Below are positions 49,273 to 58,837 of a stretch of DNA of 64,000 nucleotides, piece after piece; position 1 is the first letter of the stretch; each line of letters opens with the position of its first letter. Below the pieces are notes generated by a model. The model searched no databases. It saw only the letters and a list, made by a program, of their open reading frames with translations, and was not told the origin of the DNA. The stretch covers positions 768,001 to 832,000 of the forward strand of contig JAXHLW010000013.1 of NCBI GenBank assembly GCA_034521815.1. Reading direction: 5' to 3'. The translations under genes were made by a program, and so were the position numbers. Origin of the DNA: Trueperaceae bacterium. Its GTDB lineage: Bacteria > Deinococcota > Deinococci > Deinococcales > Trueperaceae.

Positions 49273-49904
49273 GACGCCACGCCCAGCGCCGCGCGCGCCG
49301 CGTCGCCGAACGCCCGCAGGATCCGCAGGCCGGCGCGTTGGCTCTTCTCGGGGTGGAACTGCGTGGCGTGCACCGAGCCACGACTCACGGCGGAGAGGAA
49401 CTCGACGTCGCCGTAGCGCGTTCGTCCGCCGACCAGGCCCGGCTCGTCGAAGTCGACCCAGTACGAGTTCGCGAAGTAGGCGTGGAACCCATCGGGAACG
49501 CCAGAGAGCAGGGCCGGATCGCCGACCTTCCACACCCGGTTCCATCCCATCTGGGGCACGCTCGGACCGTCCTGCGGAAACCGCCGGACCCGGCCGGACA
49601 AGACGCCCAGCCCCGGCACGTCGGGCGCCTCCTCGGAGCCTTCCATCAACAGCTGCAGACCCACGCAGATGCCCAGGAACGGCCGATCGGCCGCGACGTG
49701 GGCGCGCACCAGCGGCTCGAACCCGCTCGCGGCGAACGACGCCATCACCTGGCCGAAGTGTCCCTGCCCCGGCAGCACCAGCACGTCGGCACCATCGGCC
49801 TGGGCGGGGTCGGATACCGTCTCGGCCGCCAGGCCCGCCACGCCGAGCGCCTTGTCGACGCTGTGCAGGTTGCCGGCCCCGTAATCGATCAGGACCGTAC
49901 GCAC
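49269..49904 (-). CDS. hisH: imidazole glycerol phosphate synthase glutaminase subunit
   Basis: DYGAGNL.SV, LPGQG, GICVGLQ, QFHPEKS. Confidence 0.96.
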   Translation of the reverse strand: MRTVLIDYGAGNLHSVDKALGVAGLAAETVSDPAQADGADVLVLPGQGHFGQVMASFAASGFEPLVRAHVAADRPFLGICVGLQLLMEGSEEAPDVPGLGVLSGRVRRFPQDGPSVPQMGWNRVWKVGDPALLSGVPDGFHAYFANSYWVDFDEPGLVGGRTRYGDVEFLSAVSRGSVHATQFHPEKSQRAGLRILRAFGDAARAALGVAS

Positions 49905-49905
49905 C

Positions 49906-50487
49906 TCAGAGGACCCCCTTGGTGCTCGGAAGCTCGTCGCCTCGCACGCGTACCGCGTCACGGAGCGCACGGGCGAACGCCTTCGTGATCGCCTCGCAGA
50001 CGTGGTGCGTCTCGACCCCGGCCAGCACGCGCACGTGAACCGTGGCGCCGGCGTGGTTCGCGAAGCCGCGGAGCAGCTCTCGCAGATGATGCGCGTGGAA
50101 GCCGTGCGCGTCGCCTTCGTACCCGGCCGGATCGAACGCGAGGAACGGTCGGCCGCTCAGGTCGAGCACGACCTGGGCCAGCGTCTCGTCCATCGGGACC
50201 CAGGCGTGGCCGTACCGCTCGATGCCACGCGACTCGCCCAGGGCGCGACGGAGCGCCTGACCCAGAACGATGCCGACGTCCTCGGCCAGGTGGTGCACGT
50301 CGACGGTGTCGGCGTCGCCGTGCGCGCGGACCTCGAGCCCCACGCTTCCGTGCCGGCCCACCTGGTCCAGCAGGTGCGACAGGAAGCCGTGCCCGACGTC
50401 CAGCACGACGTCGCCGCCATCGAGGTCGAGCGACGTGCGGACGTCGGTCTCTCGCGTCACGCGGTGGACCTCGGCGCGCCTAGCCAC
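49906..50487 (-). CDS. hisB: imidazoleglycerol-phosphate dehydratase
   Basis: R.TRET, DVHHLAED, PMDE, HHVCEA, PSTKGVL. Confidence 0.96.
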   Translation of the reverse strand: MARRAEVHRVTRETDVRTSLDLDGGDVVLDVGHGFLSHLLDQVGRHGSVGLEVRAHGDADTVDVHHLAEDVGIVLGQALRRALGESRGIERYGHAWVPMDETLAQVVLDLSGRPFLAFDPAGYEGDAHGFHAHHLRELLRGFANHAGATVHVRVLAGVETHHVCEAITKAFARALRDAVRVRGDELPSTKGVL

Positions 50488-51610
50488 GGGCGGCCTCGGA
50501 TGGGGCGGCCTCGGATGGGGCCTCGGATGGATCGGATCGGCGACGGGCCGTCAGAGCCCGCTCGGCGGCCGCGAGGAACGCGTCGTCGTCCGCCTCGCTG
50601 CCCACCGTCACCCGCAGACATCCGCCCAAGCCCGGCAGGTGATCCTGGCGTCGGACGAGGACCCCTTCGTCCAGGAACGCCCGGTGAGCGGCCTCGGCGT
50701 CGGGCACGCGAAACAGCAGGAAGTTCGTGACGGACGGGTACACGGTCACCTCCGGATGGGCCGCGAGCGCCTCCCGGACACGTTCGCGCTCGCGGCGCGC
50801 CGTCGCGATGCGGCGCTCGCGGGCGGCGGCAGCCTCGTCGTCGGCCAGCACCACCTCGGCCACGGCGGCCTGGAGCGCGGACACGTCGAACGGAAGAAGC
50901 ACCTTTCCGACCTGCTTGGCGGTGTCCGGATGCGCGAGGGCGTAGCCCAAGCGCACCCCTCCAAGGGCGTCCGCCTTGCTGAACGTCCGGAGGGCCACGC
51001 GGTCCGGACGGCCGCGGATCTCGTCCAGGCGGTGAACACCGGCGTACGGCCAGTACGCCTCGTCGATCACGACGGTCCAGTCGTGCCGGGACGCGGCCTC
51101 CAGCACCGCCGCGACGGCGTCGTCGTCCAGCCGGTTTCCGGTGGGCGCGGCCGGATCTGCGAGGAACACGACGCCCGGGCCGCGGCGCAGCTCCCGCGTG
51201 AGCGCCGGCGCGTCCAGGGCGAACCCGTCTGGACTCAGCGGCACCTCGGACAGCTCGACGCCCAGCAGGCGCGCTTGCGAGGCGTACACCGCGAAGGTGG
51301 GCGAGACGGTGAGCACGCGCCGACCGAGGCCAGCGGCGATCACGAGCGCTTGGATCAGCACGTTCGAGCCCGGAGCGACCACCACGCCGTCCGGGTCCCA
51401 GCCATCGCGCTCGGCGATCGCGGCTGCGACGGTGTGGGCGCGGAGCTCGGGGTAGCGATGCCAGTCGACCTCGCGCAGCCGGTCCAGCACGCGCTCGCGC
51501 AGCGGCTCGGCGAGATCCGCGGGCGCTTCGTTCTGGTCCAGCTTGACCCGGTGGGGCCAGGCCCGGAACACGTACGCCGGGGCGTCCCGAACCTCGTCAC
51601 GGATGCTCAT
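50480..51610 (-). CDS. hisC: histidinol-phosphate aminotransferase
   Basis: KLDQNE, RYP, DEAY, RTFSKA..LGGVRLGY, LRVTVG; ATG 51610 follows a TAGCAT -10. Confidence 0.93.
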   Translation of the reverse strand: MSIRDEVRDAPAYVFRAWPHRVKLDQNEAPADLAEPLRERVLDRLREVDWHRYPELRAHTVAAAIAERDGWDPDGVVVAPGSNVLIQALVIAAGLGRRVLTVSPTFAVYASQARLLGVELSEVPLSPDGFALDAPALTRELRRGPGVVFLADPAAPTGNRLDDDAVAAVLEAASRHDWTVVIDEAYWPYAGVHRLDEIRGRPDRVALRTFSKADALGGVRLGYALAHPDTAKQVGKVLLPFDVSALQAAVAEVVLADDEAAAARERRIATARRERERVREALAAHPEVTVYPSVTNFLLFRVPDAEAAHRAFLDEGVLVRRQDHLPGLGGCLRVTVGSEADDDAFLAAAERALTARRRSDPSEAPSEAAPSEAARG

Positions 51611-51686
51611 GGCGACCATGCTAGCAGGCGCCCGACCGGGCGGCGTGCCGTCCCTGGCTCACCTTCCGGGTCGAGGCGGTCGCTCC

Positions 51687-53888
51687 TCACGGTGCCGAGT
51701 CCGGGACCTGCCGCTCCGCCCGCTCGCGCGTGTCGGCGATCGCGGCGTCCAGCGACGGATCGAGGCTCACCGCGCGCTCCCAGGCGTCCAACGCGTCCTG
51801 GTACCGCGTCAGGCCGTAGAACGTCAGGCCGAGGTTCAGGTGAGCGCGGGCGTTGTCGGGAGCGACGCGGACGGCGTCGCGAAGCGTCGGCAGCGCACGG
51901 TCGTACCGTCCGGTCTGGAGCCAGGCGAATCCGAGGTTGTTCAGGATCGTGCCGTTCTCGGGAAGCGCCTCGCGGGCGATCTCGTACAGCTCGATCGCGT
52001 CGCCTGGGCGGCCGTCTCGTTGCAAGGCGTTCGCCAGGTAGAACGCGATCAGCGGCGCGTCGCCGGACGTCGCGTCGTACGCCGTTCGCAGCTCGGTCAC
52101 CGCCTCGGCGTTGCGGCCTTGCTCCAGGTGCGTCAGTCCGCGATCGAACGCCGCACGCGCCTCGCGCGGAAGCGCGTCGTTCTCGGCCCCGACGTCGTCG
52201 GCGTCGCCCGCGATCCGGGCACGCTCGTCCAGCCGCCTGACGGTGCGCAGCGCCAGCGGCTGCTCCTCGTCCAGCGTCAGCGCGCGCTCGAGGGCGTCCC
52301 GCGCCTCGTCGAACCGTCCAGCTCCGGCCAACGCCGTTCCGTACACCGCCCACACGTCGGCATCGTCCTGAGCCTCGGTCGCGTCGGGGGCTAGCTCCTC
52401 GGCCGCTGCACGGGGCAGGCCGGCCTCGAGCAACGCCTGCGCGAGGTTGAAGCGCACCGTCGCGCTCGCGTCCGCGGCGCCGTCCAGCACCGAGCGCGCC
52501 TCGTCGGTGCGCTCTTGGGCCACCAGGGCCAGCGCGAGCGCGTTCGCGACTCGCGGGTCGTCGGGCGCGTCGTCGTAGAACGGTCGCAGACGGGCCTCCG
52601 CCGCTGGCGCGTCCCCACCTTCGCGCAGGAGGCGCGCCTCGGCGATCGCCAGGCCGGCGTCGTCCGGGAACGCCTCGGCGCCCTCGCGAAGGAAGGCCAG
52701 CGCCTCGGCCTCGCGGTCGGCCGGCAGCTCCGCGGCCAGGGCGTACAGACCGGGCCTACGCGCCAGCGGCTCGGCGCTCGTGTCGCGCAGGTACGCGAGC
52801 GCACCCGCCGCGTCGCCCGCCTCGAGCGCCGCCTCGACCACGGCCGCGTGCAGCTCCACCGAGTCGGGCAGCGCTTCGGCCGCGCTCCGCAGCGTCTGCA
52901 GGCCGCGGGCGCCGCCGAGCGCCTGGGCGATGGCGACGTGCGCTTCGAGCAGCCGCGGGTAGGCGTCGAGCGCTCGGCGGTACTCCCGCAGCGCGTCGTC
53001 GCCGCCGAGCAGCCCCGCGAGACCGGCCCGCGCGACCGCATGGGCCGGGTTCCGCTCGAGGGCCGCACGGTACGCCGCTTCCGCCGCCTGCCGGTCGCCG
53101 GCCCGGAACGCCGCGACGCCGAGCACCGTCCACGCTTCGACGTCGTCCGGCTCGGCGTCGGTCGCCGCCCGCGCCCGCTCGAGCGCGAGCTCGTGATCAC
53201 CGACCAGCGACGCGGCCCGTGCCTGCTCGGCCATCAGCCAGCTCGAGTCGGGAGCCAGCTCCGCTGCGGCCCGCAAGGCGGCCGCGTCGGGCACCGCCAG
53301 ACGCGACGCCGCGAGCGACGCGGCTTGCAGGCCCTCGACGCTGGGGGCGTTCGCGGCGACGCGCCGTGCAGCGTCCTGGTCCGCAGCCGAGACGTCGAGG
53401 CCGAGCACCTCGATCGCGGCCGTCACCACGCGTGGCATCGCCTCGGACGGAACGCTGGGGACGGTCACCGTGCTCGACGCCTCGATGCCCGCCGGACCGT
53501 AGCGCTCCACCGTGACGTCCAGACCGGACGGGGCGGAGGCGACCCGTCCGCCGAGCAGGGCGTCGGCTCCGAATCGATCACGCAGCACCGTGGCCGGATC
53601 GAGGCCGGCCCGTGCGGCCTGATCGGCCAGCACGACCGGATCGCCGATCGGGGGCACGAACACGCCACCGAGGCGGTTCAGCGAGCGCTGCAATCCGGCG
53701 GCCAGGCCGATCTGCCACGAGGCGAGCTCGGCCGGTCCTTGGAACGGCACCACCACCACGCGGGTCACGCCGTCTGAAGCCGTGTCCCGAGCGGTGTCCT
53801 GAGCGAAGGCCGTGGCGAGGACGAGCGCCAGGAGCGTCGCCAGCACGGCAGGAAGGCGGAAGGTTCGGTGAAGCATGGGCGTCGTCAT
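51687..53888 (-). CDS. exported multi-TPR protein
   Basis: signal peptide ending ATAFA-Q; N-terminal alpha/beta domain (VVVVPF..); many TPR motifs. Confidence 0.85.
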   Translation of the reverse strand: MTTPMLHRTFRLPAVLATLLALVLATAFAQDTARDTASDGVTRVVVVPFQGPAELASWQIGLAAGLQRSLNRLGGVFVPPIGDPVVLADQAARAGLDPATVLRDRFGADALLGGRVASAPSGLDVTVERYGPAGIEASSTVTVPSVPSEAMPRVVTAAIEVLGLDVSAADQDAARRVAANAPSVEGLQAASLAASRLAVPDAAALRAAAELAPDSSWLMAEQARAASLVGDHELALERARAATDAEPDDVEAWTVLGVAAFRAGDRQAAEAAYRAALERNPAHAVARAGLAGLLGGDDALREYRRALDAYPRLLEAHVAIAQALGGARGLQTLRSAAEALPDSVELHAAVVEAALEAGDAAGALAYLRDTSAEPLARRPGLYALAAELPADREAEALAFLREGAEAFPDDAGLAIAEARLLREGGDAPAAEARLRPFYDDAPDDPRVANALALALVAQERTDEARSVLDGAADASATVRFNLAQALLEAGLPRAAAEELAPDATEAQDDADVWAVYGTALAGAGRFDEARDALERALTLDEEQPLALRTVRRLDERARIAGDADDVGAENDALPREARAAFDRGLTHLEQGRNAEAVTELRTAYDATSGDAPLIAFYLANALQRDGRPGDAIELYEIAREALPENGTILNNLGFAWLQTGRYDRALPTLRDAVRVAPDNARAHLNLGLTFYGLTRYQDALDAWERAVSLDPSLDAAIADTRERAERQVPDSAP

Positions 53889-53928
53889 CGCGGCGCAGTC
53901 TAGCCCGCGCGCAGGTGAGGACCCTGAA

Positions 53929-54369
53929 TCAGGGCGACCCGCCGTCGCCGGGCCGCTCGTCGGGCTTGGGCAGCTCGAACGCGTCCGGGAGAAGCTCGCG
54001 GACGCTGGTGGCGCGCCAGACGCCCGCCTCGTTCACCAGCCACACGCGGGCGTCGGCGCCGAACTCGAACAGGACCTGCCGACAGGCGCCGCACGGAGAG
54101 GCGGGGACGTCGGCGCTGCTCACCACCACGATCTCCTCGATCGTGCGTCCCCCGGCGCTGGCCATCGCCTGCACGGCCGACTGTTCGGCACAGCGGCCGA
54201 GCCCGTACGAGGCGTTCTCGATGTTCGCGCCGGCGAAGACCTCGCCCCGGTCGGTCCGGAGCGCGGCACCGACCGGAAAGCCCGAGTACGGCACGTACGC
54301 GTTGCCGTGCGAGCGCCAGGCGGCCTCGGCGAGGTCGGTCGGCGGCGGAGAGGACCGATCGGTGGTCAT
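53929..54369 (-). CDS. cdd: cytidine deaminase
   Basis: PYSGFPVGAA, GANIENASYG..CAE, PCGACRQ. Confidence 0.95.
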   Translation of the reverse strand: MTTDRSSPPPTDLAEAAWRSHGNAYVPYSGFPVGAALRTDRGEVFAGANIENASYGLGRCAEQSAVQAMASAGGRTIEEIVVVSSADVPASPCGACRQVLFEFGADARVWLVNEAGVWRATSVRELLPDAFELPKPDERPGDGGSP

Positions 54370-54746
54370 GGCGTTCCCTTCGACAGGCGGTCGGCCAGCG
54401 GCGGACCGAGGTGGACGAGACCGACGGCCACGGCGGTGGCCGCGGCGACGAGCACGGCGCCGGCCGAGACGTCCTTGGCGCGCGCCGCGAGCGGGTGGTG
54501 GTCGGGGGAGACGAGGTCGACGATCGCCTCGAGCACCGTATTCATCAGCTCCGTGACGAGGACCAGACCGCAGACCAGAAGGACGGGGACCAGCGACACG
54601 TTCAGCCAGATCGTCGCGGCGATGGCGGCCACGCCGATCGCCGACTCGATCCGAAGATTCGCCTGGTCGCGCCACGCCACCGCGAGGCCGCGGAGCGCGA
54701 AGCGCAGGCCGATCGGATCGCCGTGGCCCTTTCGCGGTCTCGTCAT
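54366..54746 (-). CDS. dgkA: prokaryotic diacylglycerol/undecaprenol kinase
   Basis: ELMNTVLEAIVD, AKDVSAGAV. Confidence 0.9.
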   Translation of the reverse strand: MTRPRKGHGDPIGLRFALRGLAVAWRDQANLRIESAIGVAAIAATIWLNVSLVPVLLVCGLVLVTELMNTVLEAIVDLVSPDHHPLAARAKDVSAGAVLVAAATAVAVGLVHLGPPLADRLSKGTP

Positions 54747-54797
54747 CGGTCCCTCATCGTCGATCCCTCAATCGATCGCTCACGCATCCTCGCTCGC

Positions 54798-55229
54798 TCA
54801 TCGGCCCGGCCATTCGAGGATTCGCCGTTGCGCATCGAGGAACGGCGTCCACGACGCTTCGTCGGGATGATCGAAGCCCCGCAGGTGCGTCAGGCCGTGG
54901 GCGGCGAGGACCAGCACCTCCTCGACCGTTCCATGACCGTGGCCGGGCGCCTGCCGCGCTGCGGCGTCGAGGTCGATCAGCACGTCGCCCAGGTGGGCGA
55001 CCTCGGGAACGCCGACGTCGTCCGGCTCCGAGCTGGGGTAGGACAGCACGTCGGTGGGTCCCGGCACGCCGAGGTCGGCCTCGTTGCGTTCGGCCATCGC
55101 CTCGTCCCCCAGAAGCACCACCGTCACCTCGCGCTCGCTCAGCCCTTCCGCCTCGAGGAGCGCCTGCAACGCTCCCTCGAGACGATCAAGTGCCGGGAAG
55201 CGCTGCGTCTCGCCTAGGATCTCCACCAC
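54798..55229 (-). CDS. ybeY: rRNA maturation endoribonuclease
   Basis: PTDVLSY, LGDVLI, HGLTHLRGFDH. Confidence 0.93.
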   Translation of the reverse strand: MVEILGETQRFPALDRLEGALQALLEAEGLSEREVTVVLLGDEAMAERNEADLGVPGPTDVLSYPSSEPDDVGVPEVAHLGDVLIDLDAAARQAPGHGHGTVEEVLVLAAHGLTHLRGFDHPDEASWTPFLDAQRRILEWPGR

Positions 55230-57150
55230 GTTTGAGCCCCTTGATCTCCTCGGCGCTGGGGTATCGCACGCGCCGGTGCAGCGACGCCGACATGACCCGC
55301 TCGAAGGTGTTGGCGATCGCGTCGAGGTCACGGAAGTTCAGCGGACTGTCGGACAGCTGGCCGTCCTGGAGTCGCTGCTCGATCAGGCGATCGATCATGG
55401 CGCGGATCGACCCTGGGTTCGGATCGGGCAAGGTGCGCGACGCCGACTCGACCGCGTCGGCCAGCATCAGCACGGCGGTCTCCTTGGTACGAGGCTTGGG
55501 CCCCGCGTAGCGGAAGTTGAGCTCGTCCAAGCGCTCGGTGTCTTCGAGCGCGCGCTTGTAGAAGTAGGCCAGCACGGTGGTGCCGTGGTGCTCGGCGGCG
55601 AACGGCTCCAGCGCCGGCGGCAGGCCGTGCTCGCGCAGCATCTCGACGCCGTCACGAACGTGGCTGGTGATGATCAGGTAGCTCAGGTGCGGACTGAGCC
55701 GGTCGTGCGGGTTCTCGCCGCTCGCCTGGTTCTCGGCGAAGAACTGCGGCCTCCTGAGCTTGCCGACGTCGTGGTAGAGGGCGCCGACGCGAGCCAGCAG
55801 GGCGTTGCCGCCGATCTGCTGGACCGCCTGCTCGGTCAGGCTCGCGATGATCTGGCTGTGCTGATAGGTGCCGGGCGCCTCGAGCACGAGCTTCTGCAGC
55901 AGCGGGCTGTGGGGCGAGGACAGCTCGATCAACCGGAAGTCGGTGAGGAACTCGAACATGCCCTCCGCGAGGGGGACCAGGCCCAGCGCCACGATGCCGG
56001 CCAGCACGCCGCCCGCCAGGTAGGAGGCGATGTCGGTCGCGGCGGGCAGCGGCGCCGTGCCGCCGTTCATCAGCTGGAGGAACACCAGCGTCGCGCCGCT
56101 GACCAGGCCGCCGGCGGAGCCGGCGATCAGCAGCGCCATCCGGTTGCGAACCACGCCTGCCAGCAACGTCGCGGCCAGGCCGCCCACCAGAACCGCCGCG
56201 GCGGACTGCAGCGGCGCGCCGGGAACCAGCAGGCCGACGGCGATCGCGAGCCAGCCGGCCCACAGCAGGGCGGCCACCTCGCCGAGCAGCGTGGCGACCA
56301 GCAGGGGAGCCAGCAGCACGAACACGAAGTCGCTGGACAGGTCCAGCGCGGCGCGCTGCACCACCAGCGTCGCCAGCGTCAGCCCGACCAGGAACGCGAA
56401 CTGGCGGCGACTCACGCGCCTGCGCAGCCCACGCGCCGCGTACGCCACGGGAAGCGCCAGCAGCGCGCCGACGAGCAGCGAGCCCAGAACGACGACGGCG
56501 GTCTGCCGAAGCTGTCGCGTGCGCGGATCGTACAGGCCGACCGCCTGGAGCGCCCTGAGCTGCTCCTCGCCGACCGCCTGGCCGGCCTGCACGATGACGT
56601 CGCCTTCGGCGAGCCGTCGCAGCACCGGCGAGACGGCCCCGGCGGCCGCGTCGCGGGCGGCGCGCGTCAGCGTCTCGTCGACGAACGCGGTCGGCATGAG
56701 TCGCTGATCGAGGATCAGCCTCGTGTCGCGCTGCCGATCGGTCGGCGCCGCCGCGACGGCCTCGTCGATGACGTCGTCGAGCTCCTCTTCGCGCACGCCG
56801 GAGGGATCCTGGTAGCGCCCGATCAGGGTGGTCGTCGTCTCGGGCGGCAGGGAGGCGGCGGTGACGGCCGAAAGGACCAGCTCCTGCACCTGGCCGTCGA
56901 CGCTGAAGATGGCGGGCACCTGGCTCCTGGCCGCCTGCCTGCGGCGCGCCGTGGCCAGCGGGTCGGCGACCTGCAGGTCCGACGGGGCGATGAACGTCTC
57001 GGGGCTGGGCTGGCCCACCTCGAGCGGGATCGCCTGCCTCTGGCCGTAGACGCTGTAGAGAAGCGCGGACAGGACCAGGACCGCGACCGCGTACGGCCAC
57101 GCCTGGGTAGGCGCGGGCCGTTCACGTCGCCGGCTGCGCGGCCTAGCCAT
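55186..57150 (-). CDS. 7TM-HD phosphohydrolase (PgpH-like c-di-AMP phosphodiesterase)
   Basis: extracellular domain, 7 TM helices, APGTYQHS, YHDVGK, FFAENQ, HHGT, MLADAVE. Confidence 0.9.
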   Translation of the reverse strand: MARPRSRRRERPAPTQAWPYAVAVLVLSALLYSVYGQRQAIPLEVGQPSPETFIAPSDLQVADPLATARRRQAARSQVPAIFSVDGQVQELVLSAVTAASLPPETTTTLIGRYQDPSGVREEELDDVIDEAVAAAPTDRQRDTRLILDQRLMPTAFVDETLTRAARDAAAGAVSPVLRRLAEGDVIVQAGQAVGEEQLRALQAVGLYDPRTRQLRQTAVVVLGSLLVGALLALPVAYAARGLRRRVSRRQFAFLVGLTLATLVVQRAALDLSSDFVFVLLAPLLVATLLGEVAALLWAGWLAIAVGLLVPGAPLQSAAAVLVGGLAATLLAGVVRNRMALLIAGSAGGLVSGATLVFLQLMNGGTAPLPAATDIASYLAGGVLAGIVALGLVPLAEGMFEFLTDFRLIELSSPHSPLLQKLVLEAPGTYQHSQIIASLTEQAVQQIGGNALLARVGALYHDVGKLRRPQFFAENQASGENPHDRLSPHLSYLIITSHVRDGVEMLREHGLPPALEPFAAEHHGTTVLAYFYKRALEDTERLDELNFRYAGPKPRTKETAVLMLADAVESASRTLPDPNPGSIRAMIDRLIEQRLQDGQLSDSPLNFRDLDAIANTFERVMSASLHRRVRYPSAEEIKGLKRGGDPRRDAALPGT

Positions 57151-57152
57151 CC

Positions 57153-58097
57153 TCAGTCCGCCAGCTCGTAGGCACGCACGATACGCGCGACGAGGGGGTG
57201 TCGGACGACGTCGCCCTTGTCGAACGCGACGAAGCCGATGCCGTCGATGTCCGCAAGGATGCGACGGGCCACGCGCAAGCCGCTGTCGACCGTGCCGGGC
57301 AGGTCGGTCTGCGTCACGTCGCCGGTGACGACGACGGTGCTCCCGAATCCCATGCGCGTCAGGAACATCTTCATCTGCTCCCCGGTCGTGTTCTGAGCCT
57401 CGTCGAGAATGATGAACGCATCGTTCAGGGTCCGCCCGCGCATGAACGCCAGCGGCGCGACCTCGACCACGCCCGACTCGAGGTACTGCTCGGCCCGCTC
57501 GGCCGGCAACATGTCGTACAGCGCGTCGTACAGCGGGCGAAGGTACGGATCGATCTTGGCCTGCAGATCGCCGGGCAGGAAGCCGAGCTTCTCGCCGGCC
57601 TCGACCGCCGGACGCGTCAGGATGATGCGCTTGACCTTCTTCGCCAGCAGCGCCTGGACCGCCATGGCGACCGCCAGGTAGGTCTTGCCGGTACCGGCCG
57701 GACCGATGCCGAACGTGATCGGATTCTTGGCGATCTCGGCCACGTAGCGGCGTTGGCCGGCGGTCTTGGGCTTGTGCCGACCGGGGAGCCGCGCGGCGGC
57801 CGACTCGGCCGCGGGAGAAATCTCCTCCGCAACGCCATCGAGCGCGGCCAGATCACCGTGCTCGAGCTCGGTGAGGCTCACGTCCCCTCCGCTGCGGATC
57901 GTGCCGAGGAGGGAACGGAACGTCCGCTCGGCCTCCTCGACCGCGGTGGCCTCCCCGCTCAGCCGGAGCTCGTCGCCGCGGGCGACGACCTTCGCGCCCA
58001 GGCGCCTGCGAAGCAGCTTGAGGTTCTCGTCGTTGTGGCCGAACAGGCTCATGGCCTCGGCTGGACTACGAAGTTTCAGCGTGACCGACGTGGCGAT
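57153..58097 (-). CDS. phoH: PhoH-family ATPase (probable ATC start at 58097; first ATG at 58052)
   Basis: GPAGTGKT, RPAVEAGEKLGFLPG, MRGRTL, DEAQN, VVRHPLV. Confidence 0.95.
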   Translation of the reverse strand: MATSVTLKLRSPAEAMSLFGHNDENLKLLRRRLGAKVVARGDELRLSGEATAVEEAERTFRSLLGTIRSGGDVSLTELEHGDLAALDGVAEEISPAAESAAARLPGRHKPKTAGQRRYVAEIAKNPITFGIGPAGTGKTYLAVAMAVQALLAKKVKRIILTRPAVEAGEKLGFLPGDLQAKIDPYLRPLYDALYDMLPAERAEQYLESGVVEVAPLAFMRGRTLNDAFIILDEAQNTTGEQMKMFLTRMGFGSTVVVTGDVTQTDLPGTVDSGLRVARRILADIDGIGFVAFDKGDVVRHPLVARIVRAYELAD

Positions 58098-58837
58098 ACC
58101 TTCCTCCTCCGCAGGCGGGCGCTGGCGGGCCTACCGAGCACCACGCTCCACACCAGCCCGCGCACGACGTCGTCGGGTCCGATCCCGACGAGTCCGAGCG
58201 CGTCGGGCAGTGTAGCGGACCCGGACCTGCCCGTGCGTTGGCCGACGTCGCTTCGCGGAGGGCGTTTCATGACGCGGGCCGCCGGCGTGCCTTCACGTCC
58301 CAAGAACCCTGCCGGCGGAGCTTTCGCAGGCGAAGCGACATGGGGCGTTCCCTCGCGTCCCAGGAACCCGGGCGTGGGCGCAGGACCACCGGTTCGACCG
58401 GTCGCCGCTTGGCCCGCGCCGGTCTGACCCGCGCCGGTCTGACCCGCACGGGGCTGACCGGCACGGGGCTGACCCGTCCCCGTCCGACCAGCACCTTGCT
58501 GGCTGGTGGTGCCTTGCTGGCTGGTGGTGCCCTGCTGGCTGGTGGTGCCCTGCTGGCTGGTGCCCTGCTGACCTGTGCCGCTGGCCTGTTGGACACGGCG
58601 GCGAGCTTCCTCGAGACGCCCGGCCAGATCGTCCGCCTGCCGGGGCGACGAAGCGGTGGAGGAGCTGGATGCCGAGGTGGACGCCGAGGTGGACGCCGAG
58701 GTGTCGGTCGCCTCCGGCGAGCCGGTTTTCGTGGGCGGCGTTCCGCGACCCCGCTTGGACGATCGTCGGCCCCGGAGGACGGCGTTCACCACGAACGCCG
58801 CCACGAGAAGGAGGGGCAGCAGATCGTCGAGGCTCAC
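58076..58837 (-). CDS. YqfB-like membrane-anchored low-complexity protein
   Basis: N-terminal TM; C-terminal [15 protein letters not shown] motif; lies between floA and phoH. Confidence 0.65.
   Translation of the reverse strand: MSLDDLLPLLLVAAFVVNAVLRGRRSSKRGRGTPPTKTGSPEATDTSASTSASTSASSSSTASSPRQADDLAGRLEEARRRVQQASGTGQQGTSQQGTTSQQGTTSQQGTTSQQGAGRTGTGQPRAGQPRAGQTGAGQTGAGQAATGRTGGPAPTPGFLGREGTPHVASPAKAPPAGFLGREGTPAARVMKRPPRSDVGQRTGRSGSATLPDALGLVGIGPDDVVRGLVWSVVLGRPASARLRRRKVSPRRSR
58424..58570 (-). repeat. in-frame tandem repeats: 18-mer (QQGTTS)n and 15-mer ([10 protein letters not shown])n
   Basis: direct inspection of the DNA and its translation. Confidence 0.85.

Noticed and set aside
50490-50530. 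GGCCTCGGATGG repeats as a regulatory element
   Set aside because: They lie in frame in the hisC C-terminal tail (PSEA repeats) and are best explained as coding micro-duplications.
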